Shown: positions 28,015 to 38,113, numbered from the stretch's first letter. The stretch: DNA of 64,000 nt from Clostridia bacterium (GCA_045540815.1 JAZQHY010000040.1:8539-72538), one strand, 5' to 3'. Made by a program: numbers and translations. The notes: generated by a model not told the origin, from the letters alone.

Positions 28015-28701
28015 TTGATAGTTTTTAACAACGTATCAAAAATATATGACAACGGCGTTCAGGCGCTTGAAAATGTAAATATATTTATCGACAAGGGCGA
28101 ATTTGTGTTCCTTGTCGGTTCTTCTGCTGCGGGTAAATCCACTATGATTAAGCTTATGCTTAAAGAGATTGACCCTACAGAAGGTAATGTAATAATAAAT
28201 GATGTAGACGTTACTGCGCTTTCGCGTAAGGAAATTCCGTATTTCCGCCGTTCTATAGGCGTGGTGTTTCAGGATTACCGTCTTCTTCCAAATAAAACTG
28301 CGTATGAAAACGTAGCTTTTGCTATGGAGGTTGTGGGAGCGTCAAAACGTGAGATAAGACGTCAGGTACCAAACGTACTTAGTATGGTTGGCCTTACAAA
28401 CAAAGCTAAAATGTATCCAAACGAGCTTTCGGGCGGTGAACAGCAAAGAGTGTCTATTGCAAGAGCGATAGTAAATAATCCTTCTGTTTTAATAGCGGAC
28501 GAGCCTACAGGAAACCTTGACCCTGAAACCGCAAGCGAGATAATGGAAATAATGGAAAGAATAAACCTTCGCGGAACTACTATAATTATGGCTACACACG
28601 CAGAAAAGATAGTAAACGATATGCAAAAGCGTGTTATCACCGTTGATGGCGGTCATATTGCAAACGATGCTAAACGGGGAGGTTACAGCTATGTCGATTA
28701 G
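28015..28701 (+). CDS. ftsE: Cell division ATP-binding protein FtsE
   Basis: Walker A GSSAAGKST, LSGGEQQR, Walker B LIADEPTG. A TTG at 28015 follows GAGGTG. The ORF-track start is 28006. Confidence 0.9.
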   Translation: MIVFNNVSKIYDNGVQALENVNIFIDKGEFVFLVGSSAAGKSTMIKLMLKEIDPTEGNVIINDVDVTALSRKEIPYFRRSIGVVFQDYRLLPNKTAYENVAFAMEVVGASKREIRRQVPNVLSMVGLTNKAKMYPNELSGGEQQRVSIARAIVNNPSVLIADEPTGNLDPETASEIMEIMERINLRGTTIIMATHAEKIVNDMQKRVITVDGGHIANDAKRGGYSYVD

Positions 28702-29590
28702 AACACTTAAAAGCGCAACCAAGGAAGCGTCAAAGGCGATTGTCAGAAATGGAATAATGAGTGCGGCATCTATATTGGTAGTAGGTGCGTGTCTTCTTCT
28801 TTTTGGTGTGTTTATGATAATCACTATTAATGTAAACTACATAGGTGAACAGATTACAAATCAGTGTCAGCTGCAGGTTTATATAGACGATAATATGCGC
28901 GATGCGGCAAATATTGAGAGAATAGGCAAAGAAATTCGCTCACTTGAAAATGTCGAAAGTGCCCAGCACGTTACAGGTAAGCAGACATTTGATGAGTTTA
29001 AAAATGACCTTACCGCTGAAGAGCTTACAGCATACGAGGCTGTGCCTGAAACTATTATCAGCGACTCATTTAAGGTTATACTTGCAGATTTGAGCCTTGC
29101 AGGTGATGTAGCGGACAAGGCAGAGAAAATAGAGGGCGTGTCAAGGGTTAATAATCACGAGAACGAAATAGCAACAGTGGAAACCTTATCGCGCGTAATC
29201 AGACACGTATCGGTGTGGGTAGTATTATTCTTTGCGCTTATAAGTATATTTATCATTTCAAATACTATTAAGCTTACTGTTCACAATAGACGCAGAGAGA
29301 TAAATATTATGAAATATATCGGTGCAACTGATTCATTTATCAGATGGCCGTTTGTGGTGGAAGGCGTTATAGTAGGACTTATCGGTGCTACGGTAGCATT
29401 TATAGCTACACATATAGGCTACGCGGTACTTTTAGGACAGATTTCAAAGATATCTGCCATAAGCTCACTTATTAAGCTTAAAACGTTTGGAGATATGTTT
29501 GGCATACTGCTTCTCACTTATGTATTCCTGGGCTTTGCCATCGGTTCGGTTGGCAGTGCGGTGTCTATCAGAAAGTATCTGAAGGTGTGA
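28691..29590 (+). CDS. ftsX: Cell division permease-like protein FtsX
   Basis: The ATG at 28691 follows GGGAGG and overlaps the ftsE stop. Four TM segments with a large first extracellular loop. Confidence 0.85.
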   Translation: MSIRTLKSATKEASKAIVRNGIMSAASILVVGACLLLFGVFMIITINVNYIGEQITNQCQLQVYIDDNMRDAANIERIGKEIRSLENVESAQHVTGKQTFDEFKNDLTAEELTAYEAVPETIISDSFKVILADLSLAGDVADKAEKIEGVSRVNNHENEIATVETLSRVIRHVSVWVVLFFALISIFIISNTIKLTVHNRRREINIMKYIGATDSFIRWPFVVEGVIVGLIGATVAFIATHIGYAVLLGQISKISAISSLIKLKTFGDMFGILLLTYVFLGFAIGSVGSAVSIRKYLKV

Positions 29591-29594
29591 TATT

Positions 29595-30716
29595 ATGAGA
29601 AATAAACTTGTTATGAAAATTTTTGCTTGGGTTGCGCTTGTTGCATTTGTAGGACTAATGGTGTTTTCATCGATACCATTTGTGGTAAACGCTGCAAACT
29701 ACACTCAGCAAAAAAATGAGCTTAAAGAAAAGATAAATGACAGCAAGGAAAAGAAAAATGCAGCCCAGATAGATAAAAAGGCTATAGACAAAGAGGTGTC
29801 CGCTCTTCAGGGACAGATAGACACATTAAACAGTCAGATAAACGTGTCAAACGACCTTATCGCAAAGAAAACTGCAGAGTACAATGAAGCCAAGGCTAAA
29901 AGCGAAGAACAGGCGATTGCTTATCAGGGCAGAGTAAAGATAATGGTTGAAAAAGGAGCATCTACTTATCTTGAGGTGCTTTTAAATTCAAAGTCCATTA
30001 CTGATTTTCTAAATCGTCTTGACGTAATGAAGCAGGTTGCGGAGTATGACAGCAATCTACTGGACAACCTTAAAACTATTGAAGGCGAGATTGAAGAGAT
30101 AAAAGTAGCGCTGGAAGAAGAAAACAAAACTTTAAATGCTGCAAAATCAGAGCTTGCATCACAGAAAAAAGTTCTTGATGCTAAGCAGGCAGAGAGTGAC
30201 AGCTACTTAAAAGCGCTTGAAAAAGATATAAAGAAATACGAAAAGGAGCTTGCTGCAGCAGAAGCGGCAGAAGCTGCTGCCAGAAGAAGTGCGGCAGGGC
30301 TTGCGAGCAATTCTAAGTTTGTCGGCGGTGAATTTGGTTGGCCGTCAGACAGCGCGTGGAATATAACATCGTACTACGGAAGACGTTTCCATCCAACACT
30401 TAAGGTGTGGAAAACGCACACAGGGATGGATATTGGTGCTGCATATGGTACGAACGTGCTTGCGGCAAATGATGGTAAGGTTATCGTGGCGCAGTGGAAC
30501 AACGCATACGGAAACTATGTAGTTATCGACCACGGCGGCGGTTACACTACTCTTTATGCACACAACAGTAAGCTTAACGTAAGCGTAGGCCAAAGTGTTT
30601 CCAGAGGTCAGGTTATAGCTAAAGTTGGTTCTACAGGCTTTTCTACAGGACCGCATCTTCATTTTGAGATTATGATAAACGGCGCAACGGTGGATCCGCT
30701 TCCGTACGTGCAGTGA
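29595..30716 (+). CDS. Coiled-coil M23 family metallopeptidase (EnvC/PcsB-like partner of FtsEX)
   Basis: Signal anchor, long coiled coil, M23 motifs HTGMDIGA and GSTGFSTGPHLHFE. Confidence 0.85.
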   Translation: MRNKLVMKIFAWVALVAFVGLMVFSSIPFVVNAANYTQQKNELKEKINDSKEKKNAAQIDKKAIDKEVSALQGQIDTLNSQINVSNDLIAKKTAEYNEAKAKSEEQAIAYQGRVKIMVEKGASTYLEVLLNSKSITDFLNRLDVMKQVAEYDSNLLDNLKTIEGEIEEIKVALEEENKTLNAAKSELASQKKVLDAKQAESDSYLKALEKDIKKYEKELAAAEAAEAAARRSAAGLASNSKFVGGEFGWPSDSAWNITSYYGRRFHPTLKVWKTHTGMDIGAAYGTNVLAANDGKVIVAQWNNAYGNYVVIDHGGGYTTLYAHNSKLNVSVGQSVSRGQVIAKVGSTGFSTGPHLHFEIMINGATVDPLPYVQ

Positions 30717-30758
30717 TTAATTTCGAATAGTACAAACTTTATATGGCATAATAAATAA

Positions 30759-30788
30759 TAACACCCCTGCTTTGGTGGGGGTGTTTAC
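30759..30788 (+). terminator. Stem-loop/terminator after the M23 peptidase gene
   Basis: AACACCCC/GGGGTGTT stem with a weak T-run. Confidence 0.45.
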
Positions 30789-30809
30789 TATATACAGGGA
30801 AGTGAACGT

Positions 30810-31976
30810 ATGTATAACAAAAAACACGTATTTTTTACTATTATAATTACTTTTGTGATCGCAACTATGTTTTATATGAGCTTTGGTGGCGGAATGTTAT
30901 ATTCTGCAGTGTCAAATGGTGGCGCATCGGAGCTTGATAAAATTGAAAAGATAGTTGAGAGTGCATACATATTTGACTATAGTAAGCAAGGTGCGACCGA
31001 TGCAGCGCTTAGCGCATACGTGTCAGCGCTTGGCGATCCTTATTCAAACTATTACAATGAAGCTGATTATCGTGCGCTTAACGAAAACCTTTCGGGTAAT
31101 TATAAAGGCATAGGTGTTGAGGTTTATGTAACTCCAGAAGATAATAACATAACCGTAATATCTGCGTTTGACGGTACACCTGCTCAAAAAGCCGGTATAA
31201 AGGCAAATGATAAAATAATAAAGGTCGATAATATTCCTGTAAATGCAGATAATTACAATCGTGCTATCAGCCTTATAAAGGGTATTGAGAAAACAACGCA
31301 CGAGGATAAAGTAGACATAACTCTGCTTCGTGACGACAAAGAAATTACCGTTACTGTAAACAGAGAAAAAATAGTTCTTCAGACGGTATCAAGCGAAATG
31401 CGTGAAACAATAGCAATTATCAGAATTTCATCGTTTGACGACAATACGGGCAATGATTTTAGAAAGCATTTAAATGATATTAAGAAAAAAAGCCCAAAGG
31501 GCCTCATCATAGACCTTCGCGATAACCCCGGCGGAACGCTTGATGCCGTAACAAGTGTTGCAGACCAGCTTCTGCCGGAAGGTGTAATTGTATCTATGGT
31601 TGATAAACAAGGTAATAAGCAGGAGTTTAAATCCGACAAAGATTTTTATGACATTCCTCTTTGTGTGCTTATAAACGGCTCAAGTGCAAGTGCATCGGAG
31701 GTGCTTGCGGGCGCTGTGCGTGATTTTAGCCGTGGTACACTTGTAGGTACGAAATCTTTTGGTAAAGGCATAGTACAGTCGGTAATAAATTTAACAGATA
31801 AAACAGCACTTACTATAACCACTGCAAAATACTATACGCCAAGTGGCGAGTGTATCCACGGGGTTGGTATAGAGCCGGATGTAAAGATTGAAAGTAAGTC
31901 AAATGAAGCGGTGTCTACTATAAAATTTGAAGACGATATTCAACTTCACAAGGCGTTAGAATTACTTGGAGTATAA
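30810..31976 (+). CDS. S41 family C-terminal processing peptidase (CtpA/CtpB-like) with PDZ domain
   Basis: PDZ block (GTPAQKAGIKANDKIIKVD), DLRDNPGG, GSSASASEVLAGA, GTKSFGKG. Confidence 0.85.
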   Translation: MYNKKHVFFTIIITFVIATMFYMSFGGGMLYSAVSNGGASELDKIEKIVESAYIFDYSKQGATDAALSAYVSALGDPYSNYYNEADYRALNENLSGNYKGIGVEVYVTPEDNNITVISAFDGTPAQKAGIKANDKIIKVDNIPVNADNYNRAISLIKGIEKTTHEDKVDITLLRDDKEITVTVNREKIVLQTVSSEMRETIAIIRISSFDDNTGNDFRKHLNDIKKKSPKGLIIDLRDNPGGTLDAVTSVADQLLPEGVIVSMVDKQGNKQEFKSDKDFYDIPLCVLINGSSASASEVLAGAVRDFSRGTLVGTKSFGKGIVQSVINLTDKTALTITTAKYYTPSGECIHGVGIEPDVKIESKSNEAVSTIKFEDDIQLHKALELLGV

Positions 31977-32036
31977 ATCAATTGGGTGCAAACGGCGAAA
32001 AATTAGCTAAATACATTATTATTTAAAAATTAGTGA

Positions 32037-32076
32037 ATATAATGGCAGATGTGTTATCCGCCATTATATTTATTTT
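32037..32076. terminator. Bidirectional terminator between the S41 peptidase gene and spoIVB
   Basis: 10-bp stem ATATAATGGC/GCCATTATAT flanked by A-runs and T-runs. Confidence 0.7.
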
Positions 32077-33326
32077 TGGATTTTTTCAGATTCAGCCATC
32101 ATATTTTCAATAAATATCCCGTAACCACGTGTTGGATCATTTACAAAAACGTGTGTTACTGCACCTATAAGTTTGCCATTTTGTAAGATTGGCGAGCCTG
32201 ACATTCCCTGAACTATACCGCCAGTTTTTTCTAAAAGACGCTTGTCGGTTATTTTTATTACCATACCTTTTGTGTCCGAACTGGTTTGGTGTGATACCTT
32301 TGTTATACATATGTCAAATTTTTCCACAAAACTTCCTGTTACGTTTGATAGGATTTGCGCATCTCCTGCTACAACCTCTGATTTATCCGCTATTTCTACA
32401 GCATTTAAGCGATTTGGCAGCATTTCAGGCTCCAGTTTTCCGTACAAGCCACAATCACAATTCGAATTAACAATTCCTATTTTTTTATCGCCTACAAAAG
32501 AACCCCTTAGTTCACCTGGTCTGCCGGATACTCCTTTTTCTACAGAAACAATTGTAGACGGAAGTATATCTCCTGTTGCAACCGGCAAAAGCTTTCCTGT
32601 ATCAGCATCAGAAATACCGTGGCCAAGTGCGCCAAAAACATTTGTATCAGGATTGTAAAACGTAAGTGTGCCTATACCCGCTGCGCTGTCACGTACCAAA
32701 AGTCCCAGCTTGTATTTGCCGTCATCTTTTGCTGCCTTGAGTGTTATTGATTGTGTTAAAATCTCATTATCACGTTTGAGTTCGAGTTCAACCTTGCCAT
32801 CGGAGTTTGAAACGATGTCAGCCAGCTCCGATATTCTTTTGGGTATCGTTCCGTTAGCCTTTACTATTATATCGCCTTCTTTTATGTTTTTATTTTTGCA
32901 TGGCGAAACTATTTTTCCGTTTGCACCTTCAAAATCTGCTATTCCAACAACCATAAGTCCGTCTGTATAAAGCTTTACACCTATACTGCTGCCGCACGGT
33001 ATTACTTTGGTTTGCTTAATTACATTTACATCGATGCTTTTAACAGGAATAGCGCCTAAAAACTTTACTGTACCCTCGTAGTTGCCATTTGAAAGACGTC
33101 TGGTGTCCTTGGCTACTATGTTCTGATTTAATGCCTCTGTATCTAATTCTACCTTAAATAGCTGTGGTGTAAATTTAGTGTCGTTTATGGTAGCGTTTTC
33201 AAAAAGTACTATGTCACTAGGTATAAAAAACACAGCGCATATGCAGGTATATATTATGGAAGAAACTATTGCAAATGCTACTGTGAGAGAAAAAGTTTTA
33301 ATAAGTTTTTTTCGCACTCGGCACAC
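32070..33326 (-). CDS. spoIVB: SpoIVB peptidase (S55)
   Basis: GIGTLTFYNPDTNVFGALGHGI, PDZ segment, GIVQGMSGSPI. Confidence 0.9.
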   Translation of the reverse strand: MCRVRKKLIKTFSLTVAFAIVSSIIYTCICAVFFIPSDIVLFENATINDTKFTPQLFKVELDTEALNQNIVAKDTRRLSNGNYEGTVKFLGAIPVKSIDVNVIKQTKVIPCGSSIGVKLYTDGLMVVGIADFEGANGKIVSPCKNKNIKEGDIIVKANGTIPKRISELADIVSNSDGKVELELKRDNEILTQSITLKAAKDDGKYKLGLLVRDSAAGIGTLTFYNPDTNVFGALGHGISDADTGKLLPVATGDILPSTIVSVEKGVSGRPGELRGSFVGDKKIGIVNSNCDCGLYGKLEPEMLPNRLNAVEIADKSEVVAGDAQILSNVTGSFVEKFDICITKVSHQTSSDTKGMVIKITDKRLLEKTGGIVQGMSGSPILQNGKLIGAVTHVFVNDPTRGYGIFIENMMAESEKIQK

Positions 33327-33476
33327 TCCTTTGTTTTAAATTTAAAAAATCACTAAATTTAAAATTGCCGATAAGCGAATTTTGTATGCTGACAAAATAT
33401 TTAATACTTTCCAAAAATATTTTTTAAAAATACATTGTAAAATGTCAAAAAATAAAATATAATGGAGATATGAGAG

Positions 33477-34430
33477 GTGAAAACATTGCGTGTATATAGT
33501 CCGTTTAAACCAAAATATAAATATTCAGTAAAGCTTCCTAAATACAAAAAGAGGAGTTTTGGTAAAAAACTTCTTGTTGTTTTGGCGGTTTTGCTCGTTT
33601 TGGCGATTTTGGCGGGAGTGGCTTATTTTGCCAAAAATACCATTGACACAAAAATCGAAAATAAATTTTCTAAATACGGACCTCTTAACTACGATATGAT
33701 GAAGATGCCGATGTTTTATCCTAACACTCCTGACGATATTCAAGAAGATATGATAAGAAAAGCTGACGAATATTACGCTCGGTTGATAGCTGAAGGGAAA
33801 ATTTATGTTCCTGAGCCGGCAGAGGTCGAAGGAGTTTATGTGAAAGACGGCACAAAGACTTGTTATCTGACTTTTGATGATGGACCTTCTATGATAACAG
33901 ACGATATCTTGGATACGCTAAAAAAACACGATATAAAAGCTACGTTCTTTGTTATAGGCGAACAGATGCAGTATTACAAAGATACTGTAAGGCGTATGCA
34001 CAAAGAGGGGCATACTATAGGAAACCATAGTTATTATCACAATTATAAGGCTATATATAAAGATGCGGAAAATTTTGAAAATGAGCTTTTGCTTGTGAAA
34101 AAAAGTATAGATGATATATTAGGCTTTGAATATGAACGAAGGGTTTTTCGTTTTCCTGGCGGATCATTTGAACAGGGTAAGCAAGAATTCAAGCAGATAC
34201 TTATAAATAATAATTATAAGTATATTGATTGGAATAGCTTAAATGGCGACAGCGAAGTAAAAGATCCGGATTTTGAATTTTTATTTAATAACCTTGTTGA
34301 AACAACAAAAGGCAAGGAAGATGTAGTAGTGCTTATGCACGATGCAGGCGCCAAAAAGTCAACTGCTGAGCATTTGGAGAAGTTTATTGAATATTTAAAA
34401 AATCAAGGATTTGTTTTTAAATCATTGTAA
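33477..34430 (+). CDS. Membrane-anchored polysaccharide deacetylase (NodB/CE4 family)
   Basis: TFDDGPS, HSYYH, N-terminal TM segment. Confidence 0.8.
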   Translation: MKTLRVYSPFKPKYKYSVKLPKYKKRSFGKKLLVVLAVLLVLAILAGVAYFAKNTIDTKIENKFSKYGPLNYDMMKMPMFYPNTPDDIQEDMIRKADEYYARLIAEGKIYVPEPAEVEGVYVKDGTKTCYLTFDDGPSMITDDILDTLKKHDIKATFFVIGEQMQYYKDTVRRMHKEGHTIGNHSYYHNYKAIYKDAENFENELLLVKKSIDDILGFEYERRVFRFPGGSFEQGKQEFKQILINNNYKYIDWNSLNGDSEVKDPDFEFLFNNLVETTKGKEDVVVLMHDAGAKKSTAEHLEKFIEYLKNQGFVFKSL

Positions 34431-34434
34431 AGTC

Positions 34435-34472
34435 CAAGTCTTTTGCTTTAAGCAAAAGACTTGTTTGTTTTT
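34435..34472 (+). terminator. Intrinsic terminator after the deacetylase gene
   Basis: CAAGTCTTTTGCTT/AAGCAAAAGACTTG hairpin followed by a T-run. Confidence 0.8.
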
Positions 34473-34538
34473 ATTTTAACTCTTTTTCTGTATGGAAATT
34501 CAAAAAGTATGAAAAAATTCAAAAATATTTTAAAAAAA

Positions 34539-34554
34539 TGTTCCACATGGAACA
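34539..34554. promoter_or_regulatory. parS-like centromere site upstream of soj
   Basis: TGTTCCACATGGAACA. It shares the 15-mer CACATGGAACATTTT with the site at 25926. Confidence 0.6.
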
Positions 34555-34597
34555 TTTTTGTGGTACAATATGTTTATATTACAAAAGGAGGGGTGTT

Positions 34598-35368
34598 ATG
34601 GGCAAGATAATAGCCATTGCCAACCAGAAAGGGGGAGTTGGCAAAACCACAACTTCGGTTAACTTGAGCTCGGCACTTGGAGTACTTGGAAAAAAAGTCC
34701 TTCTTATAGATATCGACCCTCAGGGAAACGCATCAAGCGGAGTAGGTGTGGTTGAACTTGAAGATAAAAACACCATATACGATGTATTGGTTGACGGTAT
34801 AGATATAAATGAAGCCATAATCAAAACAGAGTTTGAAAATCTTTTCCTTTGCCCGTCGGACATATCGCTTGCGGGTGCTGAAATAGAGCTTGTGGCACTT
34901 GACAACAGAGAGTTCAGATTTAAAAATGCTCTTGACAATGTAAAAGATGAATATGATTTTATTATAATTGATTGTCCGCCGTCGCTTGGGCTTCTTACAC
35001 TAAATGTATTTGTAGGAGCAGACAGTGTGCTTATACCAATCCAGTGCGAATACTATGCGCTTGAGGGACTTAGCCAACTTATGAACACTATCAGAATGGT
35101 GAAAAAAGCGCTAAATCCTTCTATAGATATAGAAGGGGTACTTCTTACGATGTTTGATGCACGAACAAACCTTTCTATACAGGTAGTGGAGGAAGTAAAA
35201 AAATATTATCCTAATAAGGTATACACTACTGTTATACCTAGAAACGTTCGTCTTAGCGAGGCTCCATCATTTGGTCAGCCTATAGACGTGTATGATAAAC
35301 ATTCAAAGGGTGCGCATTGCTATGCCGAACTTGCAAAAGAGGTAGCAAATGCAAACAAAGGAGAGTGA
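34598..35368 (+). CDS. soj: ParA-family chromosome partitioning ATPase Soj
   Basis: KIIAIANQKGGVGKTTT deviant Walker A. The ATG at 34598 follows GGAGGGG. Confidence 0.92.
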   Translation: MGKIIAIANQKGGVGKTTTSVNLSSALGVLGKKVLLIDIDPQGNASSGVGVVELEDKNTIYDVLVDGIDINEAIIKTEFENLFLCPSDISLAGAEIELVALDNREFRFKNALDNVKDEYDFIIIDCPPSLGLLTLNVFVGADSVLIPIQCEYYALEGLSQLMNTIRMVKKALNPSIDIEGVLLTMFDARTNLSIQVVEEVKKYYPNKVYTTVIPRNVRLSEAPSFGQPIDVYDKHSKGAHCYAELAKEVANANKGE

Positions 35369-35373
35369 AAAAG

Positions 35374-36237
35374 ATGGCAAAAGGATTAGGGCGCGGTCTT
35401 GGTGCTCTTATAAAAGAAAGTCCGGTTATCGAAGAAACTGTAACCGCTACGCCAAACGGTATTGTTACAGAGCTTAAGATAGTTGATGTTGAGCCGAATA
35501 AAGGTCAGCCGCGCAAGGATTTTGACGAGGAAGCACTGGAGGCACTAAGTGCATCTATAAAAGAACACGGCGTTATCCAGCCGATACTTGTTATAAAATC
35601 CAAAAATGGTTTTTATAAGATAATAGCGGGCGAGAGAAGATGGCGTGCTGCTAAAATGGCAGGACTTAAAAAAATTCCTGCAATTATAAAAGAGTATGAC
35701 GATGTTAAAGCGTATGAGGTATCGCTTATAGAAAACCTTCAGAGAGAGGACCTAAATCCTATCGAAGAGTCGCTTGGCTATAAAAAACTTATTGACGAAT
35801 TTTCACTTACACAGGAGCAAATAGCTAAAAGAGTAAGTAAGTCAAGGTCGGCGGTTGCAAATTCATTAAGACTTTTAACACTTCCTGACGAGGTGGTAAG
35901 CCTTATAGAAGATAAAAAGCTTTCTACAGGTCACGCAAAAGTGCTGTTGTCGGCAAGTGACAAAAAATTTATTGTGGAAACCGCAAAGCTTGTAGCCGAA
36001 AAACAAATAAGCGTGCGTGAGCTTGAAAAAATAATTAAGCTAGAAGGAAGACCACGACCTAAAGAGAAAAAAGAGGATTTAAATTTAAAGCTTGCGATTT
36101 TGGAGCTTGAAAAAACAGCTTCCGAACTTATAGGTTCGAAGGTGAAAATTTCCGGAGGCAAGAATAAAGGCAAAATTGAAATTGAATATTATGGAAATGA
36201 CGATTTAGAAAGAATAATTAATCTGCTAAAAAAATAA
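35374..36237 (+). CDS. spo0J: Chromosome partitioning protein ParB/Spo0J
   Basis: MAKGLGRGLGALI, GERRWRAAKMAGL, LIENLQREDLNP. The ATG at 35374 follows GGAGAG. Confidence 0.92.
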   Translation: MAKGLGRGLGALIKESPVIEETVTATPNGIVTELKIVDVEPNKGQPRKDFDEEALEALSASIKEHGVIQPILVIKSKNGFYKIIAGERRWRAAKMAGLKKIPAIIKEYDDVKAYEVSLIENLQREDLNPIEESLGYKKLIDEFSLTQEQIAKRVSKSRSAVANSLRLLTLPDEVVSLIEDKKLSTGHAKVLLSASDKKFIVETAKLVAEKQISVRELEKIIKLEGRPRPKEKKEDLNLKLAILELEKTASELIGSKVKISGGKNKGKIEIEYYGNDDLERIINLLKK

Positions 36238-36414
36238 ATTCCAAAAACTTACAGATTTACGAAAAACCGCAAAAAATTGGCTTTTAAAAACAAACTCTGC
36301 TGACATTTTACAACATAGGTAATATGATTTCGCGCAAAAAGCGATAAACTCGTTAGAATCCAAAATATTAGATATTTTGAACATAGATGGTTTTACAAAG
36401 GAGATGAATGAGGT

Positions 36415-36816
36415 TTGAAACAAAATACAAAGTTTTTATGGCTTTATACTGCTATACTTTTTTCGTTTGCGCTAATACTTATAATTTTTGCCGGGTTAAC
36501 TCAAAATAATTTCCAAAAAGAAATTGAAGAGAGCGACAAAACAAATAAGACAATGCTCGAACAAATTGAAACACTAAAGAATGAAAACGCAAAACTTTCT
36601 GAAGAACTTAAAACTATTTCGGAAAATCTTGAACTTGCAAAAACTGAAAATGAAGAATTGACAGTTTATAAAGAAAACGGCGAAAAGATATTTGAAGCGT
36701 ATCAACTTTTAAATAAGGGAAGAAATGAAAGTGCTGTAAGTAAGATACAGGATCTTGACACCGATCTTCTTACCCCTATGCAGTTATACTTATACAAAAT
36801 CATTATACAATACTAA
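36415..36816 (+). CDS. Hypothetical membrane-anchored coiled-coil protein
   Basis: TTG start, one N-terminal TM segment (WLYTAILFSFALILIIFAGL), then a heptad-like K/E-rich region. No recognised family. Confidence 0.45.
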   Translation: MKQNTKFLWLYTAILFSFALILIIFAGLTQNNFQKEIEESDKTNKTMLEQIETLKNENAKLSEELKTISENLELAKTENEELTVYKENGEKIFEAYQLLNKGRNESAVSKIQDLDTDLLTPMQLYLYKIIIQY

Positions 36817-36828
36817 GGAGAGATAAAA

Positions 36829-38097
36829 ATGTTAGACATAAAAATTTTAAGAACAGAACCTGAAAAGGTTAAAGCAGCGCTTAAAAGCAGAAACTCTGAA
36901 ATAGATGTTGATGCTATCATAAAGCTTGACGAGGAAAGAAGAAGTGTACTTTTTAAAGTTGAGCAGCTTAAGAGCAAACAAAACGAAGAAAGCAAAAAAA
37001 TTCCTCAGCTAAAAAAAGAGGGTAAGGACGTAAGCGGTATTTTTGAAGAAATGAAAAAACTTTCTGACGAGATTAAAGCGCTTGATGCAGAAGTAAGAGA
37101 ATACGACGAAAAAGTGCAGATGGCTATGCTTACCATTCCAAATATCCCCGATGAATCGGTGCCAATCGGTGACAGTGATGCAGATAATGTTGAGATAAGA
37201 AAACATCTAGAGCCAAGAAAGTTTGATTTTGAACCAAAGGCGCATTGGGATATTGGTGAAGGCCTTGATATCCTTGACTTTGAACGCGGTGCAAAGATTT
37301 CAGGCGCGCGTTTTACTGTGTACAAAGGTCTTGGTGCAAGACTTGAAAGAGCGGTAATTCAGTTCTTCCTAAACACTCACACAGAAGAGTCGGGATACAC
37401 AGAAATATTCCCTCCATATATGGTAAACAGAGCATCTATGACAGGTACAGGTCAGCTTCCAAAATTTGAAGAAGATGCATTCAAGGTTTCAAACAACGGC
37501 TATTTTATGATACCTACAGCAGAAGTTCCCGTTACAAATCTTCACAGAGATGAAATTCTTGACGGAAGCAAGCTTCCTATAAAATATGCTGCGTATTCAG
37601 CGTGCTTCAGAGCAGAAGCAGGCTCTGCCGGCAGAGATACCAGAGGCCTTATCCGTCAGCATCAGTTCAATAAGGTTGAGCTTGTAAAATTTGCAAAACC
37701 TGAAGACAGCTTTGCAGAATTAGAATCACTTACAAACGACGCAGAAAAGCTATTACAGAAGCTTGGTATAGCATACAGAGTGGTTTGTCTATCATCTGGC
37801 GACCTTGGTTTTTCTTCTGCAAAAACATACGATATCGAGGTGTGGATGCCAAGCTACGGCAGATATGTTGAGATTTCTTCTTGCTCAAACTTTGTCGATT
37901 ATCAGGCAAGACGCGCTAATATTAAGTTTAAAAACTCTCCTAAGGACAAAGCTCAGTTTGTTCATACTCTAAACGGCTCAGGTCTTGCAGTGGGCAGAAC
38001 TGTTGCAGCTATACTTGAAAACTATCAGAACGAAGACGGCAGCGTAACAGTTCCTGAGGTTTTAAGGCCTTATATGGGTACAGATATTATTAAATAA
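36829..38097 (+). CDS. serS: Seryl-tRNA synthetase
   Basis: MLDIKILR N-terminal coiled coil plus class II motifs ([30 protein letters not shown]). Confidence 0.95.
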   Translation: MLDIKILRTEPEKVKAALKSRNSEIDVDAIIKLDEERRSVLFKVEQLKSKQNEESKKIPQLKKEGKDVSGIFEEMKKLSDEIKALDAEVREYDEKVQMAMLTIPNIPDESVPIGDSDADNVEIRKHLEPRKFDFEPKAHWDIGEGLDILDFERGAKISGARFTVYKGLGARLERAVIQFFLNTHTEESGYTEIFPPYMVNRASMTGTGQLPKFEEDAFKVSNNGYFMIPTAEVPVTNLHRDEILDGSKLPIKYAAYSACFRAEAGSAGRDTRGLIRQHQFNKVELVKFAKPEDSFAELESLTNDAEKLLQKLGIAYRVVCLSSGDLGFSSAKTYDIEVWMPSYGRYVEISSCSNFVDYQARRANIKFKNSPKDKAQFVHTLNGSGLAVGRTVAAILENYQNEDGSVTVPEVLRPYMGTDIIK

Positions 38098-38113
38098 AAA
38101 TCTGAAAAAAGTG

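Noticed and set aside
33359-33389. Forespore sigma (SigF/SigG) promoter for spoIVB on the minus strand (GCATA-15 nt-GGCAATTTTA).
   Set aside because: The match to the degenerate consensus is too weak to call by eye, and there are no supporting data.
36817-36828. Expected T-box leader upstream of serS.
   Set aside because: Only 12 nt separate serS from the preceding ORF, so no leader RNA can fit.
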